From positions 64,001 to 128,000 of the IMG/VR virus record IMGVR_UViG_3300042465_009257: DNA of 64,000 nt. One strand, written 5' to 3'. The position numbers and the translations under genes are program-made. A model generated the notes under the pieces. The model worked only from the letters and a program-made list of their open reading frames with translations, ran no database searches and had not been told where the DNA came from. Shown piece after piece: positions 26,711 through 37,232 of this stretch. Source of the DNA: a virus. Positions within the stretch are counted from its first letter, which is position 1. Each line of letters begins with the position of its first letter.

Positions 26711-26731
26711 TCTTAGAATTTTTAAAATTAA

Positions 26732-26758
26732 ATTCCTTTTCTGCATATTCGCCTGTAA
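26732..26758 (+). promoter_or_regulatory. class II promoter ATTCC-N17-TGTAA
   Basis: Upstream of the PolA-like gene; followed by TTGACT-N17-TTTAAT (26765-26793). Confidence 0.55.
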
Positions 26759-26800
26759 AAGAACTTGACTTATTTGATTTCCGACTTTTTAATTACTGTG

Positions 26801-28345
26801 ATGCCTAAAATGAATTACTCTCTGGTAAACCCCGATAAAACGATTCTCAAAAATGAAAACATGATTCGAACAATAGGGTATGGGGGAGAGGGGACCATTG
26901 CTGGAGGGAGGGAGAGGGTGTCTCTTTATAAGGGGAGGTTTAGAGAAGTACAAGAAGTAATAGAGGGGAGGTCTATACTTAGTAATGATGTAGATTGGGA
27001 ATTTAAAGAGAAATCTTTCTTAATCCCTTCAGACTTTTCTAATAATGAGCTTCTTAGCCTTGGCTTGAAAGAGAAACATATTGCGAATGCTATGGTTTTT
27101 CTTTCCTTATTAAGGATTTCAACAAAGTACAAAGAGGTTGTTCTGAGGGATGTTAATCCATTCAGTAGAATTAACAGTATAGTTCTTTCGGAATTTATGT
27201 TAACTCTTGGCTCCGGTACGAAAGACATGTTGAAAAAATTAAGCATTGCACAATGGATTGAGATTGACCATTCTTACCAAGCAGGAATCAAATCAAAAGG
27301 ATATCGTCTTGGGAAAAGATTTGAAAACTCAAAATGGATTTCCGCAAATTGGAAAGAAAGTCTTGAAAAATTTGTCCCAGGTGTCCTGCAAGGAGGTTAT
27401 ATTTCTAGGAGCAGAGATGTTTTGTATGGACTCTGGGATAGAGCTTGTATATATTTTACCAACTGGCAGGCTATGGCTGACGGCCCTTTAAAGGAAATCT
27501 GCAAAAGAACGTCAGAAATAGGCCGTAAATTGATCGTAAGATACTGTGAGGCTCTGACTAAGGAAATTAATACAAACGCTGTAGAGCATATCAAATGCCC
27601 AGCAAATCAAGCATCTGTAGAAAATGGATGGACACTAGAGAAACAAATTCAAAATTATTGGGATTCTTTGTCGTATTTTGACGGTAAAAGTTTTTCTGTT
27701 ACCTGTCACGACGAAAGGTTTAAGTTTTTTACTTACCGTTTGTATTCAAATGTTGTAAATTTAAAATCTGAGTTTCGCCAATTTCTAGAACTAGATGGAC
27801 AGCAAATGGTGAACGTGGATATCCAATCCTGCCAAGTGGCTTTACTGGCGACATTCTATAACACTGAAGATTTAGTGGAAAAAGAGAAATTCATCAAAAT
27901 TATTTGCGAAAAAGATATTTATCTATTTATCGCGGGAGATAAAATTGAGCGGAAACAAGCGAAATCTGACTTTTTCTATATCATGTTCGACAAGAATTGT
28001 AACCAAAAAGGAGAAACTTGCCGCCGATTTAAAGAGGAATTTCCAATCTTAACTCAAAGGATTTACGACGAAAAGAAAAGAAATGGTTATAAAAGTGTAG
28101 CTCGTCTAATGCAGACAAAAGAAGCTTCTATTATGATATTAGGAGCATTGAATAAACTCCTTTTCGTAAATGAAATTGAAGCTTTTTCAATCCACGACTC
28201 TATCTTTTGTCTTCTTAAAGACGTAAAATTAGTAGAAGAAACTATCCGCTCCTTCTTTACAAATCAAATGGGCTTCTGCCCAGCAATTAAAGTGGAAGCG
28301 CCCAGAGTGGATGAATCTGCCAACCGTATTGGGCAGCAATCATAA
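26801..28345 (+). CDS. minimal family-A polymerase-like protein with putative winged-helix N-terminal region
   Basis: YRLYS...FRQFLELDG..MVNVDIQSCQ (motif A), RKQAK...IMF (motif B), IHDSI (motif C); no exonuclease motifs; start ATG 26801 inferred from promoter spacing. Confidence 0.68.
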   Translation: MPKMNYSLVNPDKTILKNENMIRTIGYGGEGTIAGGRERVSLYKGRFREVQEVIEGRSILSNDVDWEFKEKSFLIPSDFSNNELLSLGLKEKHIANAMVFLSLLRISTKYKEVVLRDVNPFSRINSIVLSEFMLTLGSGTKDMLKKLSIAQWIEIDHSYQAGIKSKGYRLGKRFENSKWISANWKESLEKFVPGVLQGGYISRSRDVLYGLWDRACIYFTNWQAMADGPLKEICKRTSEIGRKLIVRYCEALTKEINTNAVEHIKCPANQASVENGWTLEKQIQNYWDSLSYFDGKSFSVTCHDERFKFFTYRLYSNVVNLKSEFRQFLELDGQQMVNVDIQSCQVALLATFYNTEDLVEKEKFIKIICEKDIYLFIAGDKIERKQAKSDFFYIMFDKNCNQKGETCRRFKEEFPILTQRIYDEKKRNGYKSVARLMQTKEASIMILGALNKLLFVNEIEAFSIHDSIFCLLKDVKLVEETIRSFFTNQMGFCPAIKVEAPRVDESANRIGQQS

Positions 28346-28571
28346 GGGCATCTTTTAGAGGGATAGGAACTTGTGTCGGCCCGAAAGCTCCATCTTCGTC
28401 CTCAAAACCCGCTGACCAGCAAATATCATTTCCATTAAATTTTCCGAACTGTGGGCGAAGGCTCATCAAGTAAACGGTCATGTTTGGATCTGGGAAATCT
28501 TCTTTGTCAACGTCTCTCCAGTAATCTGGTGCCGCGACATTATCCCACAAATTTACTTTTTGATCTTCCAT
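28287..28571 (-). CDS. hypothetical protein
   Basis: 94 aa; own promoter TTGACT-N17-TAGAAT at 28580-28608. Confidence 0.6.
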   Translation of the reverse strand: MEDQKVNLWDNVAAPDYWRDVDKEDFPDPNMTVYLMSLRPQFGKFNGNDICWSAGFEDEDGAFGPTQVPIPLKDALMIAAQYGWQIHPLWALPL

Positions 28572-28604
28572 ACCGCTTGATTCTAAATTATTTTTTAAAT
28601 AAAG

Positions 28605-28928
28605 TCAAGTCATAAACGGTACAGCATGTCCATCAGCAACAATTAATTCATTTAAATTAACTTCATCTAAATATACAGTCGCCAGCCACCTTCCGTATTT
28701 ATCTGTAGGATTTTTGAAAGTTTCAATGGTAACTTCTTTTCCAACTGGTAACTTCGTTTTGACGTAAGCTGTTGCTTCTGAACCTCCTAAAGCATTTCTC
28801 TCTGGGGTATTAATTCCAATGAGTCTCACGCGAACCTCATGATTGATGCGAAATCCAAGAGACACGAAAAAGTCAATAGTGTCACCATCGACGACTCGCT
28901 GAACAGTAGCTTTATATTTGTAGTACAT
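28605..28928 (-). CDS. thermonuclease (SNase) family protein
   Basis: VVDGDTI, VRLIGINTPE, DKYGRWLA, N..IV..GHA. Confidence 0.9.
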   Translation of the reverse strand: MYYKYKATVQRVVDGDTIDFFVSLGFRINHEVRVRLIGINTPERNALGGSEATAYVKTKLPVGKEVTIETFKNPTDKYGRWLATVYLDEVNLNELIVADGHAVPFMT

Positions 28929-28943
28929 AATAGTTTTAAAAAG

Positions 28944-29630
28944 TTAATTTCGATAATACCCCGAGACTTTATCATAGGTGAATGGCAAGTCTTTCTTCTT
29001 GCCGCCCTGCTCTACTTTATAAATATCAGAAAAGTAACGAATTGATCCGCAATCAAAGTATTCAATATTTAAACGTCCATTTATAGGCTCAATTGAGAAA
29101 ATAGGTATATAAAGGGTGTAGGTCAAATTCCCTAATTCATCATATTTTAAACCAGAATTTTTTGGAATAGCCGTCCCTTGTTCAATCCGCGCCCATTGTG
29201 TGCTTAATTTTTCATAGTCGCCTCTTGTATACCCATATGGAATTTTCATCCAAAATAAGGTTTTCCCAACCTTATCTACAAAAAACCTCCCACCTGAGGC
29301 ATCATCTGGAGTTAAATATAAATTTTCGCTAGTCTCAGTATCAACATCAAACGCTGTAAGAGGGAAGTACTGAGAAATTTCATCTTTTCTTTTCTCCTTT
29401 ACTAAAAATGAATATAAGAAAATTGCAAACTCAGTTGCCGCAGGTGAATAAAAGTCCAAAAAAGAATTTCCTAAAACGCTTGAAGAAGATGATGCAACAT
29501 TAAAATCACGTAGAAGTTGCGGTCTAAATCGCGGCCCAACATTAATTTCATATTTTGAATCTGTTACGTCACGAACTGAAACTCGAAAGTCTCTTATTGG
29601 TTGAATATAAGTTGGTCTACTTTCAAACAC
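28944..29630 (-). CDS. hypothetical protein, end of tail operon
   Basis: 228 aa, coupled to the upstream gene; shares the MFES start with it. Confidence 0.6.
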   Translation of the reverse strand: MFESRPTYIQPIRDFRVSVRDVTDSKYEINVGPRFRPQLLRDFNVASSSSSVLGNSFLDFYSPAATEFAIFLYSFLVKEKRKDEISQYFPLTAFDVDTETSENLYLTPDDASGGRFFVDKVGKTLFWMKIPYGYTRGDYEKLSTQWARIEQGTAIPKNSGLKYDELGNLTYTLYIPIFSIEPINGRLNIEYFDCGSIRYFSDIYKVEQGGKKKDLPFTYDKVSGYYRN

Positions 29631-30573
29631 GGCAGAAAAAATGGTCGTTAAAGTCTTTTAGATCAGATGAAGAAGAGGTGCCCTTAAATTGAAAAACCTG
29701 TCGATATCTATTTTTACCAGAAATATCATCACGATATTCCTGAAGTAAATCTGGCGATATATTATTAATATCAATAGTAGTCCCTTTACTAAAAATTAAT
29801 TCAGTTGCAGATCCTAATCCAGAATAGCTAGAGTTTTCCCAAGAGTCCAATAAAGTAATAGAGACTTTATCTTTCATGTATGGCGCTCCTTCTTTTATTA
29901 TCCAAGACCCTCCAAGCTTCTCAAATACATTTTTAGCCATTAACTGGTCAAAGCTTATAATTTCTGCCCCTAGAACTCTTGAATAATTCTCTGGATTAAT
30001 GGGGGTTCCATCTGGATTGGCCTGTTTTTTAATTAAAAAATAAATTTGGCCCCTATTATAATTTATATTTTCAGGTTCTTTTGGCAATGCGTATCCATCT
30101 TGATCAAATTTAATTGTTGTCGTAAGAGTCGCCGCATCAATACTCTTTTGATCTTTAAAATCAATCTGTTTCATTTCAGTCCCATTAATCATTATCGGGA
30201 TACGGTACTTTTCTAATTCATCTTCAGTTAATATTAAATTCTGATTAAATGTGATAATATTATATGTCCCATCAGATAATTTTACTACTAAAAGCGGTTT
30301 AGTTCGAGACCTCTCAATACTAGAAATATCATAAAGTTTACCTCTTTGGATTGCCACTTTAATAGTTACCTCTAGATTTTTCGGCCCAGGAACTAAAAAA
30401 TTAGGAGTATCTTCATAAATTGGAGCATTTGATTCTAAATAATATTTTTTAAAAGGATAATCATCAGGATACGGCGCACCTATGATTGGCGCAATTAGCT
30501 CATTACGCTCGGTGCCAACCCACCTTCTATTTTGGAATCCTACCCAACGCGGGATATAACTCGATTCAAACAT
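29623..30573 (-). CDS. hypothetical protein, tail operon
   Basis: 316 aa, translationally coupled. Confidence 0.6.
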   Translation of the reverse strand: MFESSYIPRWVGFQNRRWVGTERNELIAPIIGAPYPDDYPFKKYYLESNAPIYEDTPNFLVPGPKNLEVTIKVAIQRGKLYDISSIERSRTKPLLVVKLSDGTYNIITFNQNLILTEDELEKYRIPIMINGTEMKQIDFKDQKSIDAATLTTTIKFDQDGYALPKEPENINYNRGQIYFLIKKQANPDGTPINPENYSRVLGAEIISFDQLMAKNVFEKLGGSWIIKEGAPYMKDKVSITLLDSWENSSYSGLGSATELIFSKGTTIDINNISPDLLQEYRDDISGKNRYRQVFQFKGTSSSSDLKDFNDHFFCRV

Positions 30574-33128
30574 TAAGTTGTAAATTGGTTGGTCAGAATA
30601 TTTACTTCACCAGTTTTTCCTCCTGCCTTCACACGTAGTGTGACCTCATCTGAAGAGTCAGTATCGGTTGAAGTATAATCAACTTTAACATACCCTTTTA
30701 TGAATCCAGCATCGTAATTATAAGGAGTTGGATTCATAAATTTAGTTGGAGAAAACCAGCCGTAATCTTTATAGCTTGTGCCGTAATTTCCATCTGTCTC
30801 AGAATAATAAAGATTAAATTTACTATTTATATTACCAGATGGAACATATCCATATCCATAAAATAATCCTGAGGCTGTCAGATTAATTGCAGGATCAGGA
30901 AACTCTAATGAAATAGTATTATAAATAATAGTTTCTTCCTCTCCAATAACTTCACGAGTTGCTGGATAAATAACAGGAAGTGGGATAAAAGCACGATCAC
31001 ATGTTCCGGCATAAGTACCAAAATATCCACCACTTTGAATAGAATACTCAACTTCAAAAGGGGTATCTGTTCCTTTTATAACGTATAGTCCAAATGTTTC
31101 TGATCCATCATCACTACTTCCAGAAGAGAAAATGCAACCCCGTCCGTAATAAGAATTCCCATTTGTCGCAATTATTCCATTTCCAACATAAGGATAAACC
31201 CCAGTATCATTTGGGCTTGAAAAGACTGGGCCTTGCATTGTAATACCAGGAAAATTAATATATCCTACTGTACGGCCTGTAAATCCAAATACGGCTGGAT
31301 TAACTACTCCTCCACTGGTTGGAGAATAACCCCCAGTTATATTTGGCACTGCAAGATTTTCATAAAATTCAAGCATCATTGGAGCTATAACAATATTAGA
31401 AGGTCCTGTAGGAAATCCCCAAGTTTGATATTGTTCAAGTGGAGCGCCAGTTCCATAAAAGCCTGTTATTCCATTAGAAATCCATCCTCTAGCGGTCGTA
31501 CTTGTTAAATTACATTCTGCCCCATAGCCCCATTCATCAGTGACAGGGCCGTAAGGAACTCCAATTCCATTTGGCTCCCAATCATAAGCGTTTCCAACAA
31601 AAGATACATCACCAGTACCACTTCCGTAAAGCTCAATTCGACTAGTGTAAGTGCGCCCTGTCCCCTCGCCAAAGAAAGAAGCAACAGGAGACTCTCTAGT
31701 TACAATACCTTCCCCTGTTTTTAAAACATTAACATTTCCTCCTCCAAGCCCAGTCGCAAATAAAGCTGGATTGTATGCATCAACTTTAACTCCACCATTA
31801 ACAAAAGGAGTTGTACTAGAGTCAACATAAAAATAAGGACTGTATCCAGAATTTAGATAACCATAACATCTTTCATTAAAAATATGAATTCCTTGCTCGG
31901 ATTCTATATAATCATGAGTCGCTACAACATCGCCCAAACCGCTAAATGAATACCCCATATAACCAGGATAAGGACCATTATAAAGACCATCAATTAAAAC
32001 TCCAGTAATTATAAAAGAATTTACACCAGTAAAATAAACTTGTGTAGTTCGTGATGGGGCAGCTTTTGAAATACTAATTATAGTATCTACAAGATTATAT
32101 TGGGTATTGAATGGTTCGTTTTCTGGATCTAAAAGGTTCGCAGTTCCAGTAATTTTTGGTGCAGAATAAATTAATCCACTTCCTCTTACATTCCCAGAAT
32201 AATTTAGAATACCCGTGCCTGTCCCCGAAAGATTAGAAGTCGCAAAACTAGAAGCCGTCTCTAATTCTAAAGTCATCTTATTATCATAATTAGAATAATA
32301 ATCAATTTCAAATTCTAAAGAGCTATTAGTTTGAACTAAATTAGATGGGCCGTAAAGACTTAAATAGATTCCTGAATCATATATGCCCGCAACGGTTGAC
32401 GTTCCTGTCGTCGCAATTAGCGTCTTTGAAATACGACCAAATAAAGTATCAAATTCAACATTAACGGATTGATTGCTGAAAATATTATTCCCACTAATAA
32501 TATAATGGACTCCACCAGATCCAGAAGCTTGGAAGCTTTTGACTGATCCATCTGACGCAGCAACAGAAACGCCTAATAATCCATAAGGAACGCTCTGAGA
32601 AGGATAACCACTTAGACCTGATTGTATAAGATTTCCAGAAAATAAGTTTTCTCCAATTCCAATAAGATTAGAATATTCAGTGGGCGGGGCGAATCCATTA
32701 ATTGATAAATCAAAATTTACATTTTCCGATCCTAGATTTTGAATAAAAAATCTATCAAATGGTTTTCCCGTATATCCAGAGTATAGATCCTCTGAAGAAA
32801 TTAACCGTCCATTAAATTTCTGATAACTATAGTAATCCTCTGTTCCAAGATTAAAGATTAATTCCTTTTTTAATCCATAATCAAAGCGGTTCTCTCCGCT
32901 CTGGTATGTGGTAATAAAACGGTCTTGATAATCAAATACTAGACCGCTTTTAAGAGTATATTGTGATCTTACTGTTCCGTCACTAGACTTAAGGCCGAAA
33001 ATAAGATTTTTTCCTGGCGAGTAAAGAGATAAAGAGTAATTAAAATCAAGATTATCTCCCAAGTAGTCAGGCGGAAGCTGCTGTTGGAATCGACGAGTTT
33101 TAGAGGTATTTCCTGAAACGGTAATCAT
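30573..33128 (-). CDS. putative virion (tail tip/baseplate) protein
   Basis: 851 aa, Gly/Ser/Thr/Tyr-rich; downstream of tape measure. Confidence 0.55.
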   Translation of the reverse strand: MITVSGNTSKTRRFQQQLPPDYLGDNLDFNYSLSLYSPGKNLIFGLKSSDGTVRSQYTLKSGLVFDYQDRFITTYQSGENRFDYGLKKELIFNLGTEDYYSYQKFNGRLISSEDLYSGYTGKPFDRFFIQNLGSENVNFDLSINGFAPPTEYSNLIGIGENLFSGNLIQSGLSGYPSQSVPYGLLGVSVAASDGSVKSFQASGSGGVHYIISGNNIFSNQSVNVEFDTLFGRISKTLIATTGTSTVAGIYDSGIYLSLYGPSNLVQTNSSLEFEIDYYSNYDNKMTLELETASSFATSNLSGTGTGILNYSGNVRGSGLIYSAPKITGTANLLDPENEPFNTQYNLVDTIISISKAAPSRTTQVYFTGVNSFIITGVLIDGLYNGPYPGYMGYSFSGLGDVVATHDYIESEQGIHIFNERCYGYLNSGYSPYFYVDSSTTPFVNGGVKVDAYNPALFATGLGGGNVNVLKTGEGIVTRESPVASFFGEGTGRTYTSRIELYGSGTGDVSFVGNAYDWEPNGIGVPYGPVTDEWGYGAECNLTSTTARGWISNGITGFYGTGAPLEQYQTWGFPTGPSNIVIAPMMLEFYENLAVPNITGGYSPTSGGVVNPAVFGFTGRTVGYINFPGITMQGPVFSSPNDTGVYPYVGNGIIATNGNSYYGRGCIFSSGSSDDGSETFGLYVIKGTDTPFEVEYSIQSGGYFGTYAGTCDRAFIPLPVIYPATREVIGEEETIIYNTISLEFPDPAINLTASGLFYGYGYVPSGNINSKFNLYYSETDGNYGTSYKDYGWFSPTKFMNPTPYNYDAGFIKGYVKVDYTSTDTDSSDEVTLRVKAGGKTGEVNILTNQFTT

Positions 33129-35620
33129 GATTTTCTAAAATAGTTCTTTGCTTTGCCAAGAATAGCTGCATTTTTTTTAAAATTTTTCTCTAAAATAGAG
33201 TCAGATTTGCTTTGCGGAGGTAAGTTTGAAAAAGAAAGAGAAGATCGCAGCCCGCTCTCGCTGACATTAATAGTAAAACTTTGTAGTCCGTCTTTTGCCG
33301 AAAAAGCCACGTTCGGAATCCCTGAAATATCATACCTCTTTTCAATTCTTTCAATATTTGGAAACATTTTTTGGCGAGCATTAAATTTAAATAATAGTTG
33401 CCGAATTGCATTATCGCTGTAACCACAAGTATTTGTTCCAGATGACTCAAGAAATTCTATCAAATTTTGAGTAGCATCTTCAAAAACCAATTCAGTTGAA
33501 ATATCTTTATTTGATTCCGTTATAGAGTCCCCTAGAATTACTTCTTTTTTCTCTAAAACTATATTATAGTCACTTGTAGAGTTGTCACTATTAGCAATAA
33601 CTCGATATCCTCCATAATTAGATCCAAATCTTGCTCCAGCTTGACTTGGAAGATGAATTTGTAGATTTGATCCAGCCGTTTTTATTACAAAATATTGAGT
33701 TTCTGATGAAAGCAGGCCATAAGGAGTTATCGTACCATCCCTTTCAGATGAAAGGCCAGTATTTTTAGAATCCAACGGATTTCTATCAGATTGAGTTTCC
33801 CCTTTTGTTATTTCAAGATCTAGTTTTTCTGGTTTTGGATAAACTTCAAAAATGGTATAATCATCATTTTCCGCAAATATACTTGTTGCCTCTGATCCCG
33901 TAAGATTTGCTCCGTCAATGTCCTCTTTACCTAATTCTATCATTCGATAAGGTCGGACTGTGTTTAAAACCTTTTCCATTACAGTAGAATTACGAGCGGG
34001 TGACCAAAGACCAGTTCTCTTCATCATTAGAAATTTTCCATGAGCCTGTGTTGAAGTAATAACTCCAGGCTCACTTTCCTGAGAAGATTCAATTAAATCT
34101 TGTAGAAAATCACTTGATTTTTGAATATCTTCAGGAAGATCATTGATAAAAGGGAATTGAATATCAGAGCCATTAGAATAATAATCAACTGTTCCATCTG
34201 GAGCATCAAACGAGTATCTTGTTCCATCAGCAAAAGGTCTAATCCAGTATTGGCCAATAAAATTTTCAGCTAAAGATGTTTCGAGTTTTTCCAATTTCTC
34301 TTGAGCGTCTTTTTCCCAAGAGGCTACAATAAAAAAGCCTTTCTTCTTCTTAAATTTTAAACCATCTTCAGCCTTCTTCTTCCCTAAAAGTTTTTTATAA
34401 ATACCTAAATATATTTTATTTTGCGAATCTGCGCTTAAAACAATTGTTGGTTTCAAATTTCCCAAAGCTGGAATTGACTTCTTTTTAGGATTTTTTATCC
34501 AATCTTCAAAAGCCTTAGCATCAACAAGTCCTTCTTTTTCATAAAGAAAATATAAATCTCTCAGAATTCCTGAATAGTAAGAAAGAACAATTGCATCATA
34601 GAAGTTTTCTAGTGCCGTTTTCGAACTCTTAACGTGTGGGTCGTAATTCTTTTTTAAGTAAGTGTCGGCTGGAGATGGAGAAGTTATTCCATCTGGTCCT
34701 GGCCTTGGTTCGTCAGTAAGAAGATCGTAGAGAGTTATAGGTTTTAAGACAATCGTTCGCGATCCTGAAGAAGAACAAGAATAGCTCCTTTCTTCTCCAT
34801 CTGCTCCAAAATATACGACTTTAGCTTTTGCTGAATTATCTCGAATTGATTTTGTTTCCGTATAGTTTGTAACGTTAAATCCAGTATCTAGTCCCGCTAC
34901 ATTAATATTTATTCCACGAGATAAATCATAAAAATAAACAGAATTCGATTCCCAGTAAAATCCAATTCCAAAATCGCCGCACCAGTTTTGCAGAACCTCA
35001 CGAACAGTTCCCGTGTAACTTGCTCGATATTCAGAATTAATAGATTCTGGAAAACCTCCAAATTGAATTTTAGATGATAGGGCTGCTTTCAGTTCAGGAA
35101 AGGAATAATCTACCTGTAGAATCTTTAATAGACGCTCTTTATTACAGTCAAAATTCTGTCTTTGACCTGCACTATCATCGCAGGCTGGAGCACACGGATC
35201 AGTTGGGGTATTAGTTACATTTTGACAAGGGTCTACTTGAGTTCCAACCAAGACAATATCAGAGCTAAAATTACCTGTAACTGCACTAGTAAATCCGGCA
35301 CCATGAATTCCACGCAAACCAATTACTGTTTTATCAAGAACAATACTTGAATCAACGTAAGTAATATGAAGGAGTTTTCCTCCATTTGGTGCAGAAGTAG
35401 TGGTCGTTTCTACTACATAAGCATCAATACTACGAAAATTCCCAATCTTTATCTTAACTAATTGGGTAGAGTCTGTTGATGGAACATCATAATCTCCATC
35501 TTTATTCACGAAGCTTAATGAAATCTCTGACGCCTCTGCGCCACCATCACTATAGTCAATTGAATAAGGGTAGACATTTTGTCCATCAACCAGAGTATTT
35601 GGAATAGCAATAATATTCAT
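33125..35620 (-). CDS. putative tail hub/baseplate protein
   Basis: 831 aa; GTVREVLQNWCGDFGIGFYW resembles hub-protein segments; position after tape measure. Confidence 0.5.
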   Translation of the reverse strand: MNIIAIPNTLVDGQNVYPYSIDYSDGGAEASEISLSFVNKDGDYDVPSTDSTQLVKIKIGNFRSIDAYVVETTTTSAPNGGKLLHITYVDSSIVLDKTVIGLRGIHGAGFTSAVTGNFSSDIVLVGTQVDPCQNVTNTPTDPCAPACDDSAGQRQNFDCNKERLLKILQVDYSFPELKAALSSKIQFGGFPESINSEYRASYTGTVREVLQNWCGDFGIGFYWESNSVYFYDLSRGININVAGLDTGFNVTNYTETKSIRDNSAKAKVVYFGADGEERSYSCSSSGSRTIVLKPITLYDLLTDEPRPGPDGITSPSPADTYLKKNYDPHVKSSKTALENFYDAIVLSYYSGILRDLYFLYEKEGLVDAKAFEDWIKNPKKKSIPALGNLKPTIVLSADSQNKIYLGIYKKLLGKKKAEDGLKFKKKKGFFIVASWEKDAQEKLEKLETSLAENFIGQYWIRPFADGTRYSFDAPDGTVDYYSNGSDIQFPFINDLPEDIQKSSDFLQDLIESSQESEPGVITSTQAHGKFLMMKRTGLWSPARNSTVMEKVLNTVRPYRMIELGKEDIDGANLTGSEATSIFAENDDYTIFEVYPKPEKLDLEITKGETQSDRNPLDSKNTGLSSERDGTITPYGLLSSETQYFVIKTAGSNLQIHLPSQAGARFGSNYGGYRVIANSDNSTSDYNIVLEKKEVILGDSITESNKDISTELVFEDATQNLIEFLESSGTNTCGYSDNAIRQLLFKFNARQKMFPNIERIEKRYDISGIPNVAFSAKDGLQSFTINVSESGLRSSLSFSNLPPQSKSDSILEKNFKKNAAILGKAKNYFRKS

Positions 35621-35621
35621 T

Positions 35622-37205
35622 TTAAATCCAATTCTCGTCTATATTGTTAAAAATTCCAGAAGCAGAACTAGTAGCATATTGTTTATTATGATATAAATGA
35701 TAACGATGAGTTTCTAAAAAGCTACTTTCTTGTAACCGATAAAGTGGTTCAAAAGAAAAAATTCCTGTAGCAACAAATGCTGTTCCAGGCCAATAGTCTC
35801 CAGTAGCTTTGCTTGAATTCGCCAAAGCTACTAATTGAATCCCAGACACTTCATCATAAATAATAGTATCGCTTGAAGCCTCATTATAAGCGAGAACATC
35901 AATCCTTCCATCCACGACAGTAAAACCAGTAACTTGTAAACCATTTAAATAAATTGGAATTCCGGTAGAAGCGCCAGAACCGAAAAATGCCCCTAAGGTT
36001 GAATCGAATACGGCTTCTTTCCCGACTTGATCAAAAGATCCAGGGACAACCCCAAAAACAATTTGACTTGAGTTTGGCGCAACGACACCATTCATTTCGT
36101 ACCCAGCAAAATAACCAGTATTAGAGGTTTGGACGAAAGACTCGTCGAAAGTCAGAGTCCACAGATCATTGAACCTTAAGCCTTGATATACTTCAGAAAT
36201 GTCATAAGTGAAATACATCTCTTGCGGCTGATAAATTGAAATCTCGTTATCTAAAGGGCCTATCGTAAAATTGATATTAACTGCAAAGCCAGTTGGGAAT
36301 AAACCAGTTTCAGCAAAAGTAAATTCATCGGTACCTCCCATTTGGATTGAAGCGCCAGTTTGGCAAAATCCAAGCTGCGATAAACCATAATAATTTCTTG
36401 TTGTAAATCCTCCAGAATGACCTGAAAATGTAATTCGGCCTAAATAATCCAGTCCCTCTTGAAGATTTTCTCCAGAAACGTAGTTCTGATAAACTCCAGT
36501 AAAATAATCTTGTAAACCTGACTGCATTCCAGAAGTAAATCCAGTATTTGAAATAAACCATTCACTAGAAGTTACTTCATATGTCCCCCAAATATCTTCT
36601 ACTACTGTTAAATTTGAGAAACCTGAGAAAATAGTGAGGGCATTTTGAGGAGATACTTTCTCAGAAAGAAATAAAAGTTGATCGACTTCTCCGTAAAAAT
36701 TATTAATTCCTGAAACAGCAGGTGTATATCCTCCGAAACGATACCCCGTTCCATTTAAATTAGTTAAAGCGCTGACTACTGTATTCTGTGTTGAAGTAAT
36801 TCCTGAAGATGGAATATTATAATTTAGAACTGAAAATAGATTATCTGATTTCTGTAAACAGATCGTATTTTTGCCTCCTAAATTAATCTTATCGAATGTA
36901 TAGCAATCCCCGTTAGTTTTTAAGTAAGGAAAATTTCCAGCATCTAAGCCAAAATCAAAACCATTCGTTCCGCTGATATTAGAAAAAAGAGAAACTGCTT
37001 TGTTATTAAAGGTAGACTGTTCTTTTTTATATGTAAAGAAAAGACTGAAGTCGTTGTAATTCAAACCAGAAACTACTCTTGTCGTCGTATTCGCGGTAGA
37101 ATTCGTCATAAAATCCCCCAATCCCACCGAGGCGTTGTAATCCCATTGGTCTCGGACAATGCCCGTTCCTAATTGCGTTAGACCATAAAAATATTCTAGA
37201 CTCAT
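35622..37205 (-). CDS. virion protein with N-terminal LamG/ConA-like domain
   Basis: FSLFF...FGG....NNFYGEVDQLLFLS. Confidence 0.5.
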   Translation of the reverse strand: MSLEYFYGLTQLGTGIVRDQWDYNASVGLGDFMTNSTANTTTRVVSGLNYNDFSLFFTYKKEQSTFNNKAVSLFSNISGTNGFDFGLDAGNFPYLKTNGDCYTFDKINLGGKNTICLQKSDNLFSVLNYNIPSSGITSTQNTVVSALTNLNGTGYRFGGYTPAVSGINNFYGEVDQLLFLSEKVSPQNALTIFSGFSNLTVVEDIWGTYEVTSSEWFISNTGFTSGMQSGLQDYFTGVYQNYVSGENLQEGLDYLGRITFSGHSGGFTTRNYYGLSQLGFCQTGASIQMGGTDEFTFAETGLFPTGFAVNINFTIGPLDNEISIYQPQEMYFTYDISEVYQGLRFNDLWTLTFDESFVQTSNTGYFAGYEMNGVVAPNSSQIVFGVVPGSFDQVGKEAVFDSTLGAFFGSGASTGIPIYLNGLQVTGFTVVDGRIDVLAYNEASSDTIIYDEVSGIQLVALANSSKATGDYWPGTAFVATGIFSFEPLYRLQESSFLETHRYHLYHNKQYATSSASGIFNNIDENWI

Positions 37206-37232
37206 TTTTTACCCGTCATCCTTACCATTATT

